Of a stretch of DNA of 64,000 nucleotides, positions 39,020 through 48,608 are shown piece after piece. This DNA is from Planctomycetota bacterium. GTDB lineage: Bacteria > Planctomycetota > UBA8108 > UBA1146. The notes beneath the pieces were generated by a model. That model did not search any database and was not told the DNA's origin. It saw nothing but the letters and a program-made list of their open reading frames with translations. The DNA lies in the NCBI GenBank assembly GCA_036125855.1, contig JAYZTT010000027.1, forward strand, positions 77,420-141,419. The letters are read 5' to 3'. Position 1 is the stretch's first letter. Each line of letters starts with the position of its first letter. Position numbers and translations under genes: made by a program.

Positions 39020-39086
39020 GTAGACATCCCCTAGGGTGTAACGGTAGATCTTGTCGATGGTTTTCTGACCAGAAGGAGCAGCGAAG

Positions 39087-40322
39087 ATGGCTGTATTCGA
39101 ATATGAAGCGATTGGTCCTGGTGGGCAGAAGAAGCGTAGTACCATCGAAGCTGGTAGCCAGCAGGAGGCGATCAAGCAACTCCGGTCCCGCGGGCTCAAG
39201 CCGACCAAGATTCGCGAGAGCAAGAAAGCTCAGGCCGCAGCCGGCGGAGGCAGGAAGAAAAAGAAAGGCCTCAATATTTTTGGTGGCCGGGTCACTCAGG
39301 CGGAGATGGTCCAATTTACCCAGCAGCTGGCGACCTTGCAGGACGCCGGGCTGCCCATCGTACGATCACTCAAGATTCTTGCCGATCAGATGAAGCCCGG
39401 GACCTTTCAGGACCAGCTCACCAAGGTGACCGAAGATGTCGAAGGTGGATCGACGCTATCCGAGGCGCTGGAAAAGTTTCCAAAAACTTTCGATACACTG
39501 TTTGTCGCGATGGTCAAGGCGGGAGAGGCGGGTGGTGTTCTCGATACCATTCTTCAACGCCTGTCCGACTTCCAGGAGAAGTCGATGAAGTTGCGCAAGA
39601 AGGTGCAGGGGGCGATGGTTTACCCCATCGCTGTCATCTGTGTCGCCGCATTGATTCTCGGTTTCATCATGACCAAGGTGATTCCTCAGTTCCAGAAGAT
39701 GTTCGCTGACATGAACACGGCTCTTCCTGGGCCTACCCAGGCACTGCTCGGTTTCGCAGAAGCTGTGCAGAGTTACTGGTGGGCCGCGCCTATTGTAATC
39801 TTCCTAATGATGGCGGCGATCAAGGGAATCGGCCGTACATCCGCCGGAGAGCTGATGATTGACCGGTCCAAGTTGAGAGCGCCGATCTTTGGTCAGATTG
39901 TCAAAAAATCGACGGTGTCACGATTCTGCCGTACTCTCGGCACCTTGATCCAGTCAGGGGTTCCGATTCTGGAGGCTCTGGAGATTGTGCGAGCCGCGGT
40001 CGGGAATCGAGTGATCTCCGATGCGATCCATGAAGTTTGCGGATCGATTCGAGAAGGTGAGACGATTGCAGAGCCGCTGGGCCAGTCAGGTGTTTTCGAT
40101 CCACTGCTGGTGAACATGATCGATATCGGAGAAGAAACTGGTGAGCTAGACAAGATGCTCAACAAGATCTCTGATAACTATGACCTTGATGTGGACGTGC
40201 TGGTGGATTCACTGTCAAGCTTGCTCGAGCCGGTTTTGATCGTCGGCATGGGTGGCGCAGTGGGATTCATCGTCGTCGCATTGTTCATGCCGTTGCTCTC
40301 GATCATCCAGCAGGTTGGATAG
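39087..40322 (+). CDS. pilC: Type II secretion system F / PilC platform protein
   Basis: Two T2SSF repeats and three hydrophobic helices, with the typical MAVFEYEAIGPGGQKK N-terminus. ATG follows AAGGAG. Confidence 0.9.
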   Translation: MAVFEYEAIGPGGQKKRSTIEAGSQQEAIKQLRSRGLKPTKIRESKKAQAAAGGGRKKKKGLNIFGGRVTQAEMVQFTQQLATLQDAGLPIVRSLKILADQMKPGTFQDQLTKVTEDVEGGSTLSEALEKFPKTFDTLFVAMVKAGEAGGVLDTILQRLSDFQEKSMKLRKKVQGAMVYPIAVICVAALILGFIMTKVIPQFQKMFADMNTALPGPTQALLGFAEAVQSYWWAAPIVIFLMMAAIKGIGRTSAGELMIDRSKLRAPIFGQIVKKSTVSRFCRTLGTLIQSGVPILEALEIVRAAVGNRVISDAIHEVCGSIREGETIAEPLGQSGVFDPLLVNMIDIGEETGELDKMLNKISDNYDLDVDVLVDSLSSLLEPVLIVGMGGAVGFIVVALFMPLLSIIQQVG

Positions 40323-40360
40323 CGGGTTTCGAGACTCGGTCAGGTTGAGATGAAATTCCG

Positions 40361-40399
40361 GGCCGTGACGGGGTAGCCTCCCTGTCACGGCCTTTTCTC
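40361..40399 (+). terminator. Rho-independent terminator after pilC
   Basis: 13-bp stem GGCCGUGACGGGG / CCCUGUCACGGCC (one G-U), 6-nt loop, followed by UUUUCUCC. Confidence 0.65.
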
Positions 40400-40418
40400 C
40401 TACCAGGGGGAGGCTAAC

Positions 40419-42761
40419 TTGCGATCTGATCGCACTTCAGAGTTGCTGCGTACATTCCGTGTCTGGAGTCATGGGCCTGACTATCGCCATGGCGTGCTCT
40501 CTGAAATCGCTGCCTCCATCGGTGCTTCTGAAAAGGAGCATCCGCAGGTCGAGGAGCTTCTTGAGCAGCTGGAAGAAAAGGGAGAGACAGTCCGCCTTCT
40601 GGCGCGAGGATGGTTTGTTCCACACCGAGAAGGATGGCTGGTCGGGACGCTGACGTTGGTCCGGAAGGGCTTTGGTTTTGTCCGGCCACTGGTCGAAGAT
40701 CCTCGTGGTGACGTTTTCATTCCAGCTCGAAGGCTGCGCGATGCCCATCACGGAGATCGAGTGCTCGCCGGGATTCAGAAACCTCGCCGCGGGCAACCAG
40801 CCAGTACCAGGGACGGCAGGAGCGGCAAGATCCTTGAGGTGATCGAGCGCAGTCCTCGTGCCATTCCTGGCATCTTCCGGGAATCGATGGGGGGCATCGG
40901 GGTGGTCGAGCCACTCCGTCACGAGAGTGTCCGGGAAATCTGGATCGACCCGGGTTATCGGGCTGGAGTCCAGGATGGTGATCGGGTGCTGGCGCGGTTA
41001 CGACAGGGGCCAGCCATCGATGGATTGCCCCCCGGTCAGGTGATCTGTGCGCTGGCAGCGGAAGGAACCTGGAAGGCAGACCTGCAGCTCGTTTGCGCAG
41101 AACACCAGTTGCGTGACGAGTTCCCGGTCGAGGTGGAACAGGCAGCTGCTGCAATTCCGGAACAGATTTCAGAACAGGAGATCCAGCTTCGATCCGATCA
41201 TCGGGGAGTTCCCTTCGTCACCATCGACCCGGAAGATGCCAAGGATTTCGATGATGCGATTGCTGTCGTCGACAGCCCTTCCGGTAACTTTCGTCTGGGA
41301 GTGGCCATCGCTGACGTGAGCCACTTCGTCGAGCAAGGGGATGTCATCGACAGTGAAGCATTACTGAGGAGTACCAGTGTCTATATTCCGGGAAAGACCA
41401 TCCCGATGTTGCCCGAGCGGCTCAGTAACGATTTGTGTTCTTTACGACCAGGAATTGATCGGCTTGCCAAGGTGGTGTGGATCGACATCGATGCTTCCGG
41501 TGCTCTTGAGGATTACTTTGTAGAACGCGCGGTGATTCGGAGCGCCCGTCGATTCACCTATCAGCAGGTTCAGGAAATCCTCGACCGGGAAGATCAAGAT
41601 CCAGCCGAATCGATCAGCGCTATCGATCAAATGATCCTGGAACTCGAAAAAGTTCGTTGCCTGCTCCATGATCGAAGGATTGAGGGAGGATCTCTGGAAC
41701 TGGAGATCGATGAGATGAAGCTGGTTCTCGATGACGATGGGGAGGTCATCGACGTCTGTGCCAGGGAGCGGCTCAAGGCGCACAATCTGGTGGAAGAGTG
41801 CATGCTGGTGGCCAACGAGGCGGTCGCATCGATCGCCACGGCCAGGAGCATTCCGATCCTGCGGAGAATCCACTCGCCTCCTGAACCGGAACGATTCGAA
41901 AATTTCGCCCGTCTGTGTCGGGTTCTGGCTCCCGAGGCCCCGGTCAGGGAACTGACGGATCTTCCTGCAGTGGTTGAGGTGGTACGTGGCTCGGTCGCTG
42001 CGCCGGTCGTCTTCTTCGCACTGCTGAGAACCTTGACCCGGGCTGAATACAGTCCCGAGAGGCAGATTCACTACGCCCTGCAAAAGGAGGAATACTGTCA
42101 TTTCACCTCGCCGATCCGCAGATATCCGGATCTCCAGGTTCATCAGGCTCTTGATCGCTATCTGTTTGACGGGGTCGATCCAGTGATCGATGCCGCGGCG
42201 AGTTCTTTGCTCGAGCTGAGTGAGAGCTGCAGCACCCGGGAACGGGCCGCCGAGAGTGCAGAAAGGGATATGACTCGCTCGAGGGCGATCTCCTGGTTGC
42301 GCCACCGGGTCGGAGAGCGGTTTACCGGCATCGTGACTGCGGTACGAGATCAGGGTTTTCATGTTCGACTCGATGAGGCTCTGATTGAGGGATTTGTTCA
42401 TGTTTCAGGTCTCAAGGATGACATCTATGTATTCAGTGATACCCAGTTCGCCCTGCGAGGAGTCAATGCTGGAAACATGATACGACTGGGAGATCCTGTG
42501 GAAGTCGAGCTGGATTCCGTGGATCTCCTCCATCGAGACATCGATCTGAGGTACCTTCATACCCGTACCGGCGGAGGCGGTGGATACGATTCCACGGCAG
42601 TTCCGGAACAAGGAGTAGCGCAACCCAGGTCGCGCCAGCGACAGGGTGAGAAGAGCTCCTCTCAACTTTCCCGAGGCGGGAAAAAAAAGGGACGGGAACG
42701 TGGCCGTGGCGGTTCCCGTAGAAAAGGTGCGGGGCGCGGCCATCGAGGGAAACGAGGCTGA
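40419..42761 (+). CDS. rnr: Ribonuclease R
   Basis: Cold-shock-like N-terminal region, RNB domain (DPEDAKDFDDAI), S1 domain, Gly/Arg/Lys-rich tail. TTG 40419 sits 5 nt after GGGGGAGG. Confidence 0.9.
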   Translation: MRSDRTSELLRTFRVWSHGPDYRHGVLSEIAASIGASEKEHPQVEELLEQLEEKGETVRLLARGWFVPHREGWLVGTLTLVRKGFGFVRPLVEDPRGDVFIPARRLRDAHHGDRVLAGIQKPRRGQPASTRDGRSGKILEVIERSPRAIPGIFRESMGGIGVVEPLRHESVREIWIDPGYRAGVQDGDRVLARLRQGPAIDGLPPGQVICALAAEGTWKADLQLVCAEHQLRDEFPVEVEQAAAAIPEQISEQEIQLRSDHRGVPFVTIDPEDAKDFDDAIAVVDSPSGNFRLGVAIADVSHFVEQGDVIDSEALLRSTSVYIPGKTIPMLPERLSNDLCSLRPGIDRLAKVVWIDIDASGALEDYFVERAVIRSARRFTYQQVQEILDREDQDPAESISAIDQMILELEKVRCLLHDRRIEGGSLELEIDEMKLVLDDDGEVIDVCARERLKAHNLVEECMLVANEAVASIATARSIPILRRIHSPPEPERFENFARLCRVLAPEAPVRELTDLPAVVEVVRGSVAAPVVFFALLRTLTRAEYSPERQIHYALQKEEYCHFTSPIRRYPDLQVHQALDRYLFDGVDPVIDAAASSLLELSESCSTRERAAESAERDMTRSRAISWLRHRVGERFTGIVTAVRDQGFHVRLDEALIEGFVHVSGLKDDIYVFSDTQFALRGVNAGNMIRLGDPVEVELDSVDLLHRDIDLRYLHTRTGGGGGYDSTAVPEQGVAQPRSRQRQGEKSSSQLSRGGKKKGRERGRGGSRRKGAGRGHRGKRG

Positions 42762-43201
42762 TGACCATGAAATACTGCATCTGGACCGATGGCGCCTGTA
42801 GGGGAAATCCTGGTCATGGTGGTTGGGCTTACATCGTTCGAGCAGACGACGGTACCGAGGAGGTCTGTTACGATTACGACCCTTCGACCACCAACAACCG
42901 GATGGAGTTGACCGCGGTACTGGAAGCATTGCGTTCGATTCCCGAAGGATCTTCGGTACAGCTGTTCAGTGACTCGCAATATGTTGTCAAGGGTATGAGC
43001 GAGTGGGTTACCGGATGGCAGAAACGAAACTGGCGTAAATCGGACGGGAAGCCGGTTCTGAATGATGATATCTGGAAGCGGCTGGTCGAAGTTGCTTCGA
43101 GTCGTGAAGTGGAATGGAGCTGGGTCGAAGGACATGCTGGTCAAGATGAGAATGAGAGATGCGATGCCCTCGCGAATCGTGCGATAGACGAAGCGTCTTG
43201 A
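42761..43201 (+). CDS. rnhA: Ribonuclease HI
   Basis: [49 protein letters not shown] overlap with the rnr stop. Confidence 0.9.
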   Translation: MTMKYCIWTDGACRGNPGHGGWAYIVRADDGTEEVCYDYDPSTTNNRMELTAVLEALRSIPEGSSVQLFSDSQYVVKGMSEWVTGWQKRNWRKSDGKPVLNDDIWKRLVEVASSREVEWSWVEGHAGQDENERCDALANRAIDEAS

Positions 43202-43221
43202 ATGCTCTGGAAGGGATTGTG

Positions 43222-43911
43222 ATGAACGGAAAACAGTGGTTGGTTGTCGCTGCGGTGATAATCCTTGGTGGAGTGGGAACAGCAGCGATGGTTGCAGATT
43301 ATTCAACGATACCGCCGGCGGCGAAGGATCTACACGTGAGGCTTGATGGGTCCGAGACGAAGCTGCTGAAAGCGGTGCAACTGGCCGAAGAGTTGACCGG
43401 TGGAATCGCCCAGAATGCCAAGGCCAGGATCGGCAGTGCTGAAATCAATTTTGAGGTCGAGACGGTTACCGCCGAAAAGGTCGAGCGGGTGATCGTGATG
43501 GAAAATGGCACCGTCAGTAGTAGAACCGTGGTGCCTCGTTTCCCCGGATCGGTCGTCTCTCCCGATACTGAAATGCAAAGAACTGACTCGGGACTGGCAT
43601 ACTTCGATCTGGTAGTGGGTGGCGGGGAGACTCCTCCTGCGGCAACCAGCACCGTCAAGGTTCATTACAGTGGCTATCTGGTCGATGGGACCAAATTCGA
43701 TAGTAGTTTGGATCGCGGCCAGCCGGCCTCATTCCCCTTGAATCGGGTGATCCGGGGCTGGACAGAGGGTGTCGGATCGATGCAGGTTGGTGGCAAGCGG
43801 AAGCTGATCATTCCTTCCAGTCTTGCCTACGGCCCCCAGGGCAGACCTCCGACCATTCCGGGTGGTGCGACCCTGATTTTTGATGTCGAATTGCTCGAGA
43901 TCGTCGAATAG
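43222..43911 (+). CDS. Membrane-anchored FKBP-type peptidyl-prolyl isomerase with an extra N-terminal domain
   Basis: TM anchor ([19 protein letters not shown]), a ~90-aa domain of unknown type, then FKBP motifs [34 protein letters not shown] 43222 is preferred over the track start. Confidence 0.85.
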   Translation: MNGKQWLVVAAVIILGGVGTAAMVADYSTIPPAAKDLHVRLDGSETKLLKAVQLAEELTGGIAQNAKARIGSAEINFEVETVTAEKVERVIVMENGTVSSRTVVPRFPGSVVSPDTEMQRTDSGLAYFDLVVGGGETPPAATSTVKVHYSGYLVDGTKFDSSLDRGQPASFPLNRVIRGWTEGVGSMQVGGKRKLIIPSSLAYGPQGRPPTIPGGATLIFDVELLEIVE

Positions 43912-44106
43912 AACCCGGAATCCGGGGCGAGTGGATTCGGGCGATTTCTGCGATTTCAGGGTATTCTGTTGCAGGAGAAGAGAGTTCCGTACTCCGGTCT
44001 CGTTGCGGTGCCCGGTCTTGCCGCCTAGAATCCCGGGTTCTGTAATGACGATGGTTTACAATCTCCTTGGTAACTTTACTTAGCTGCTGAGAGGTAGGTC
44101 TGAGAC

Positions 44107-45993
44107 ATGTCGACCGGTTTCTTCAAACGTAACGAGAAGGTCGTGATGACCCTCCTGTTACTGTTTATTGCTCCCACCTTCGCTGCTACCGGCCTGGTCG
44201 GTTGGTGGGCAAGAAATGCTACGACGAATGCCTCCTACGAGATCAACGGTCAGACGGTCTCTGCACAGGATTTCATCGAAAAGCGTATGGAGCTTTCGGA
44301 ATCTCTCTGGCTCTCAAACGTACGTCGTTATGGCCCCTACGCGGCCAGGACTGATCGTTTTCGTCAAGCTACCGTCGATGATGTGCTCAAGCAGTTTGTT
44401 TTTGAACATGAGATTGATCGGGTAGGACTTGAGCCCAGTGATACTGTCAAGGATGCGAGTGTCAGAGAAGCAGCTCTCGATGTCTGTTCCTGGTATCGCG
44501 TCATGGAACGGTCAGGTTGGATTGGTACCTACCAGGAACGATTCCCTGACTATTCCTCGGAGAGAGCCACGGCCCGCTTCGACCTGGATACATACGGAGA
44601 GGCTCTTTCTGATTCCCGCTTCGGGATCAGCATGTCGAAGAAAGATTTTGAAAACACGGTGATTCGTAGCTTGCGAATTCAATCACTCCTCGAATCGGTG
44701 GCCGGTGCAGCGGTGGTGACGGAAAAGGAAACTTTTGATGAGTTCTCCACGGTTCACGAAAAGCGTGTATTCGAACTGATTCAGATCTCGATTGATAATT
44801 ACATGGAGCAGGCGAGCGAGTTGACGACTCCGGACGAGGTTGAGGAGCTTTTCAATTCAAATCCGGAGCAGTTTGTACTCGCCAATCGCCTTTCCGTTGA
44901 AGTGGCTCGTGTTGATCGTGGCAAATTACGGAATTCGATCTCATATGAGCCGACCGCTGAGGAGATCGAAGCTCGATACGCGATAGATAAGGACTCCGTT
45001 TATCGGATCCGTCGTCCGGTGAACTATGTTCCTCCTGAGGGCGCAACTCCTGAGGACGATGTCCGTCCGCTCGCCGATGTTCTCGAGAATGTGATCTCCA
45101 CTCTGGTCCAGGATCAGGTCGTGAAGGTCGAGGCGGAGCTCCTCAAGAATGCTCTCGACTCTCTCAGCTCGATGAGCGATGCCGGAGAAACGGTCCCGAT
45201 GGACCAGGCTTTCCCGGAGGGGCTTGATTATGTCGAGGTGCGCCAGATTGATCCTTTTGTTCAGAGGGATGTCAATCAGCTTGAGGCCGAGGTGAAAAAC
45301 CCGGCAGCATACGCGACCTTTTTTACCGAGGAACGCAGATCGCCAGGTTCCGTGAAGCCGGGAGATCTCTACGACTCAATCGTTACGAATGGTCGAGGGA
45401 ACTTCATCATCCGGGTCAACGAAATGCTCCCTGAGAGGACGATGACCTTCGATGAAGCGCTTGAGCCAGCTCTTCTGGCGGCTCAAGAAGGCAAGGCGAA
45501 GGAGATCGTCGAGGAACTTGCCAATTCCTGGATCACTCGTATCGAATCGGGTGAAGATGGGGCGACGCTGGAGGCCTTTGCAGAGGATGGCAACTTCACC
45601 ATTCATGAAATGGATCCGATTTCACGCAGCCAGTCCTTCAATCTCAAGATCGACAACCGTATTTTGCCCGCCCGAGCCGAAGTCACCGAGACAGGCTTTG
45701 CGATTGAGTCAGTCGGAGGGATTGGTGGGCCAGTGACCGCTTCCACCGACAAGTCCCTGTACGTGATTCGTCTCAATACGATCGCTGAACCAGACATGAC
45801 ACTCTACGGCTCTCTGAAGCTAGGGATCGAAAACCGTCTTCGCTCTGATAAGCAAAGGGCTTTGATCGATGCCTTCCAGGTGAATCTGATGGCTAATGCC
45901 GATATCAGGGTTTATCAGGGCGAGGGAGACGCGGTTTCCCGTGAGCAACTGATCGAGAACGCCGAAACCGATCCAGAAGGGGAGCAAGGGTAA
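44107..45993 (+). CDS. PpiD/SurA-N-like periplasmic chaperone, membrane anchored
   Basis: MSTGFFKRNEKVVMTLLLLFIAPTFAATG anchor as in PpiD, then a long helical chaperone-like region. I could not see a clear parvulin signature. Confidence 0.55.
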   Translation: MSTGFFKRNEKVVMTLLLLFIAPTFAATGLVGWWARNATTNASYEINGQTVSAQDFIEKRMELSESLWLSNVRRYGPYAARTDRFRQATVDDVLKQFVFEHEIDRVGLEPSDTVKDASVREAALDVCSWYRVMERSGWIGTYQERFPDYSSERATARFDLDTYGEALSDSRFGISMSKKDFENTVIRSLRIQSLLESVAGAAVVTEKETFDEFSTVHEKRVFELIQISIDNYMEQASELTTPDEVEELFNSNPEQFVLANRLSVEVARVDRGKLRNSISYEPTAEEIEARYAIDKDSVYRIRRPVNYVPPEGATPEDDVRPLADVLENVISTLVQDQVVKVEAELLKNALDSLSSMSDAGETVPMDQAFPEGLDYVEVRQIDPFVQRDVNQLEAEVKNPAAYATFFTEERRSPGSVKPGDLYDSIVTNGRGNFIIRVNEMLPERTMTFDEALEPALLAAQEGKAKEIVEELANSWITRIESGEDGATLEAFAEDGNFTIHEMDPISRSQSFNLKIDNRILPARAEVTETGFAIESVGGIGGPVTASTDKSLYVIRLNTIAEPDMTLYGSLKLGIENRLRSDKQRALIDAFQVNLMANADIRVYQGEGDAVSREQLIENAETDPEGEQG

Positions 45994-46029
45994 GCCTCCG
46001 ACACCAGGGATTGAGATGCCGAAAAGAAC

Positions 46030-46076
46030 AGGGGCCGTGATTTTTCGCCGATGCAGGCGAACAGGTCACGGCCCCT
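46030..46076. terminator. Hairpin between convergent genes (probable terminator, better for the minus-strand rpiB transcript)
   Basis: 11-bp stem AGGGGCCGTGA / TCACGGCCCCT with a 25-nt loop. On the minus strand it is followed by GUUCUUUUC. Confidence 0.45.
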
Positions 46077-46135
46077 TGTATTGCTCGATGTGAAAGATGA
46101 GTTCCTGATCGACTACCTGGAATCGATCTGTCCCA

Positions 46136-46585
46136 TCATGCTTCCTTGATGATGTTATCGATTTTCCCCACTCGACCTTCATGGCGACCGCCTTCGAATG
46201 GCGTATCGAGGAAAGTCTGCAGATGAGCCGCGATTTGTTCCTGGCCGATGACGCGCTCGCCGAAACAGGCGATGTTCGCATCGTTGTGGGCACGAGACAT
46301 TTCGGCGGTGAATGCATCTGTGATCACCGCGGCTCTGGCTCCTGCGTAGCGATTCGCGGTCATCGCCATTCCCTGTCCAGTTCCACAAACCAGGACTCCC
46401 AGCTGAGCTTCTCCCGTCGTGACGGCAGTGGCAATCAGGTGGGCAACGTCGGGATAGTCCGCACTCTCTTCGGCGGTTTCAGGGCCCTTCTCCTCGATGT
46501 CCCACCCTCTGGAGCGTAGAACTTCAACGGCTTCCTTGCGGCCATTAATCCCTGCGTGGTCTGATCCGATGATGGCTTTCATCAA
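46136..46585 (-). CDS. rpiB: Ribose-5-phosphate isomerase B
   Basis: MKAIIGSDHAG...VLVCGTGQGMAMTANR, typical of RpiB/LacAB. ATGA overlap with the upstream gene. Confidence 0.9.
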   Translation of the reverse strand: MMKAIIGSDHAGINGRKEAVEVLRSRGWDIEEKGPETAEESADYPDVAHLIATAVTTGEAQLGVLVCGTGQGMAMTANRYAGARAAVITDAFTAEMSRAHNDANIACFGERVIGQEQIAAHLQTFLDTPFEGGRHEGRVGKIDNIIKEA

Positions 46586-47655
46586 GATATGATCCTTTCC
46601 AACCAGCGGTTTTCCAGAGCTCGTTCGATCTCCTCTGCGCAGCGACGGTAAATCTCTTCATTCCCGCCGATCGGATCGGTCACTCCGGTATCGTTGATCA
46701 TCTGTAGCTTATCTGCTGCTTCCGGGAAACTGTTCTCGATGACATTCCTGTGAGAGTGGTCAAGAGCAATGATGAGGTCTGATTCCTCGACCAGGCTCGC
46801 TGTCAATTGTCTTGAATGATGTTCTTCGATGGACAGATTCATGTCTTTCATGATCTGGCATGCGGTGCTGGTTGCCCTACCGCCTCCTGAAGCGATACCG
46901 GCGCTGGATACGTGATATCCGGCTTCCGGCAGCCTGTCCTGGGGGCAATCGAGATGCTGTGCCAGTAGCTTCTTCAAGAGCGCTTCTGCCATCGGACTGC
47001 GACAGGTGTTGCCGGTGCAGACCAGAACTACATTCAGCCCGCGAAGTATCCTACGCAATTGTGATTCGCCGATCAGGCCCTCGCGGAGTAACTGATAGTC
47101 GCCATTTTCATGCAGCTTGACGATGGTGGAGGCTTCACCGAGTGTTGCCGGGCCTCCATCGAGTGCCAGGGAAACCTGATCTCCGAGAGCTGAAACCGCA
47201 TCCTCGACATTCCTGGCCGGTGTTTCTCCACCTCGATTGGCACTGGATGCAAACAAGGGCCCACTGCTGCGGATCAATGTTCTCGCCACTTGATTGGCAG
47301 GAAGCCTGACGCCAACCCCGCTTTCTCCCACGGGAAAGATGATGGTCAGAGGGCCAGGCCAGAACGAATTCATCAACTTCTTGCCATCTGGTCCGGGATC
47401 AGAAACCCAGGAAGTCAGCTGATCGGGGTCCGCGATATGAAGGGTAAAGGGCTTGTTCTCATCACGACCCTTGGCATCGCGCAGTCTGTCGAGTGCGATG
47501 CTCGAATCGGCTCGGGCGCCGACTCCGTAAATCGTTTCAGTCGGGAAGATCACCAGCTCATTACGAGCGAGAGCGTCCACTGCCTGTTGTATCGCGCCCG
47601 GGTCTGGCTGATTTTCATCGACGGAGATGACACGACTCGACAAGTGGTTCTCCAT
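46582..47655 (-). CDS. Fusion protein: YrdC/TsaC-type threonylcarbamoyl-AMP synthase domain plus a low-molecular-weight phosphatase domain (YwlE-like)
   Basis: N-terminal LVIFPTETIYGVGA...ASSANRGGE (YrdC fold). The C-terminal half has VVLVCTGNTCRSPMAEALL (CX5R P-loop) and VTDPIGG (general-acid Asp). Confidence 0.8.
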   Translation of the reverse strand: MENHLSSRVISVDENQPDPGAIQQAVDALARNELVIFPTETIYGVGARADSSIALDRLRDAKGRDENKPFTLHIADPDQLTSWVSDPGPDGKKLMNSFWPGPLTIIFPVGESGVGVRLPANQVARTLIRSSGPLFASSANRGGETPARNVEDAVSALGDQVSLALDGGPATLGEASTIVKLHENGDYQLLREGLIGESQLRRILRGLNVVLVCTGNTCRSPMAEALLKKLLAQHLDCPQDRLPEAGYHVSSAGIASGGGRATSTACQIMKDMNLSIEEHHSRQLTASLVEESDLIIALDHSHRNVIENSFPEAADKLQMINDTGVTDPIGGNEEIYRRCAEEIERALENRWLERIIS

Positions 47656-47735
47656 CCGGATGGTTTGGAAAGTACTTGGGGCTCAGGTCGACGACTTTCG
47701 CAACAGGGTCATGGTGCCACTCAAGATGGGCGGGG

Positions 47736-48608
47736 TCAAACGCTGGCGTGATAGGAAGATCGAACCAGGGGAGCGGATTCTACCTTTTCAAATCCAAGTT
47801 CTCGTGCGAACAGACCGAGAGCGGAGAATTCTTCGGGAGTCCAGTATCGTTTGACCGGGATATGGCGGTCGGACGGTGCAAGATATTGACCCAGATTGAT
47901 GCGTCTGGCGCCTGCAGCGTAGAGGTCGCCGATGGTATCGCGAACTTCATCCTCGGTTTCGCCGAGCCCCAGGATCAGGCTCGATTTAACCCGAGAGCCT
48001 CCGATTCTGCTGGCAGCGTCGCTCAGTAGTTTGACCGAATGATCGTAGTCAGAGCCGGGACGTGCTGCTGGATATAGCCTTCTCACTGTCTCGACATTGT
48101 GAGAAAAGATGGTCGGATCTGCATTCAGAACGATGTCGAGTCCAAGCACCGGATCGGGGCGAAAGTCAGGCACGAGCACCTCGGTGGTGGTCTCCGGCAA
48201 GACTCTCCGTAGTGCTTCGATGGTACGGGCGAACTGGGCCGCTCCGCCGTCAGGTAGATCGTCTCTGTCGACACTGGTGATGACCACGTGCTTCAGTTGA
48301 AGCTGGGCGGCGGCTTTTGCCAGTTCCTCCGGCTCTCCCTGATCAACGGGTGCGGGGATCCCCTTGCTGACGGCACAGAAGCCACACTTTCGAGTACAGA
48401 CCTCACCAAGGATCAAGAAAGTGGCGGTTCCCATCTGCCAGCACTCGAAGATGTTCGGGCAGTGAGCTTCCTGACAGACGGTGTGTAGTGCCCCCTGGTC
48501 CATCAGCTTTCCCACTCGCTCGAGCGAGTCGTCATTGGGAACGTTGACGCGGATCCAGGGCGGTCTCGGTAGGGGGGCTTTCTTCTGTGGTCGGGTGCCG
48601 GAGGTCAT
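47736..48608 (-). CDS. lipA: Lipoyl synthase
   Basis: CQEAHCPNIFEC and CTRKCGFC cluster motifs. ATG 48608 (MTSGTRPQKK) overlaps the lipB stop (ATGA). The track's 107-codon extension lies inside lipB. Confidence 0.9.
   Translation of the reverse strand: MTSGTRPQKKAPLPRPPWIRVNVPNDDSLERVGKLMDQGALHTVCQEAHCPNIFECWQMGTATFLILGEVCTRKCGFCAVSKGIPAPVDQGEPEELAKAAAQLQLKHVVITSVDRDDLPDGGAAQFARTIEALRRVLPETTTEVLVPDFRPDPVLGLDIVLNADPTIFSHNVETVRRLYPAARPGSDYDHSVKLLSDAASRIGGSRVKSSLILGLGETEDEVRDTIGDLYAAGARRINLGQYLAPSDRHIPVKRYWTPEEFSALGLFARELGFEKVESAPLVRSSYHASV

Noticed and set aside
41442-42401. 319-aa minus-strand ORF.
   Set aside because: Entirely antisense to the RNB/S1 region of rnr, which has unambiguous motifs. 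No motif of its own.
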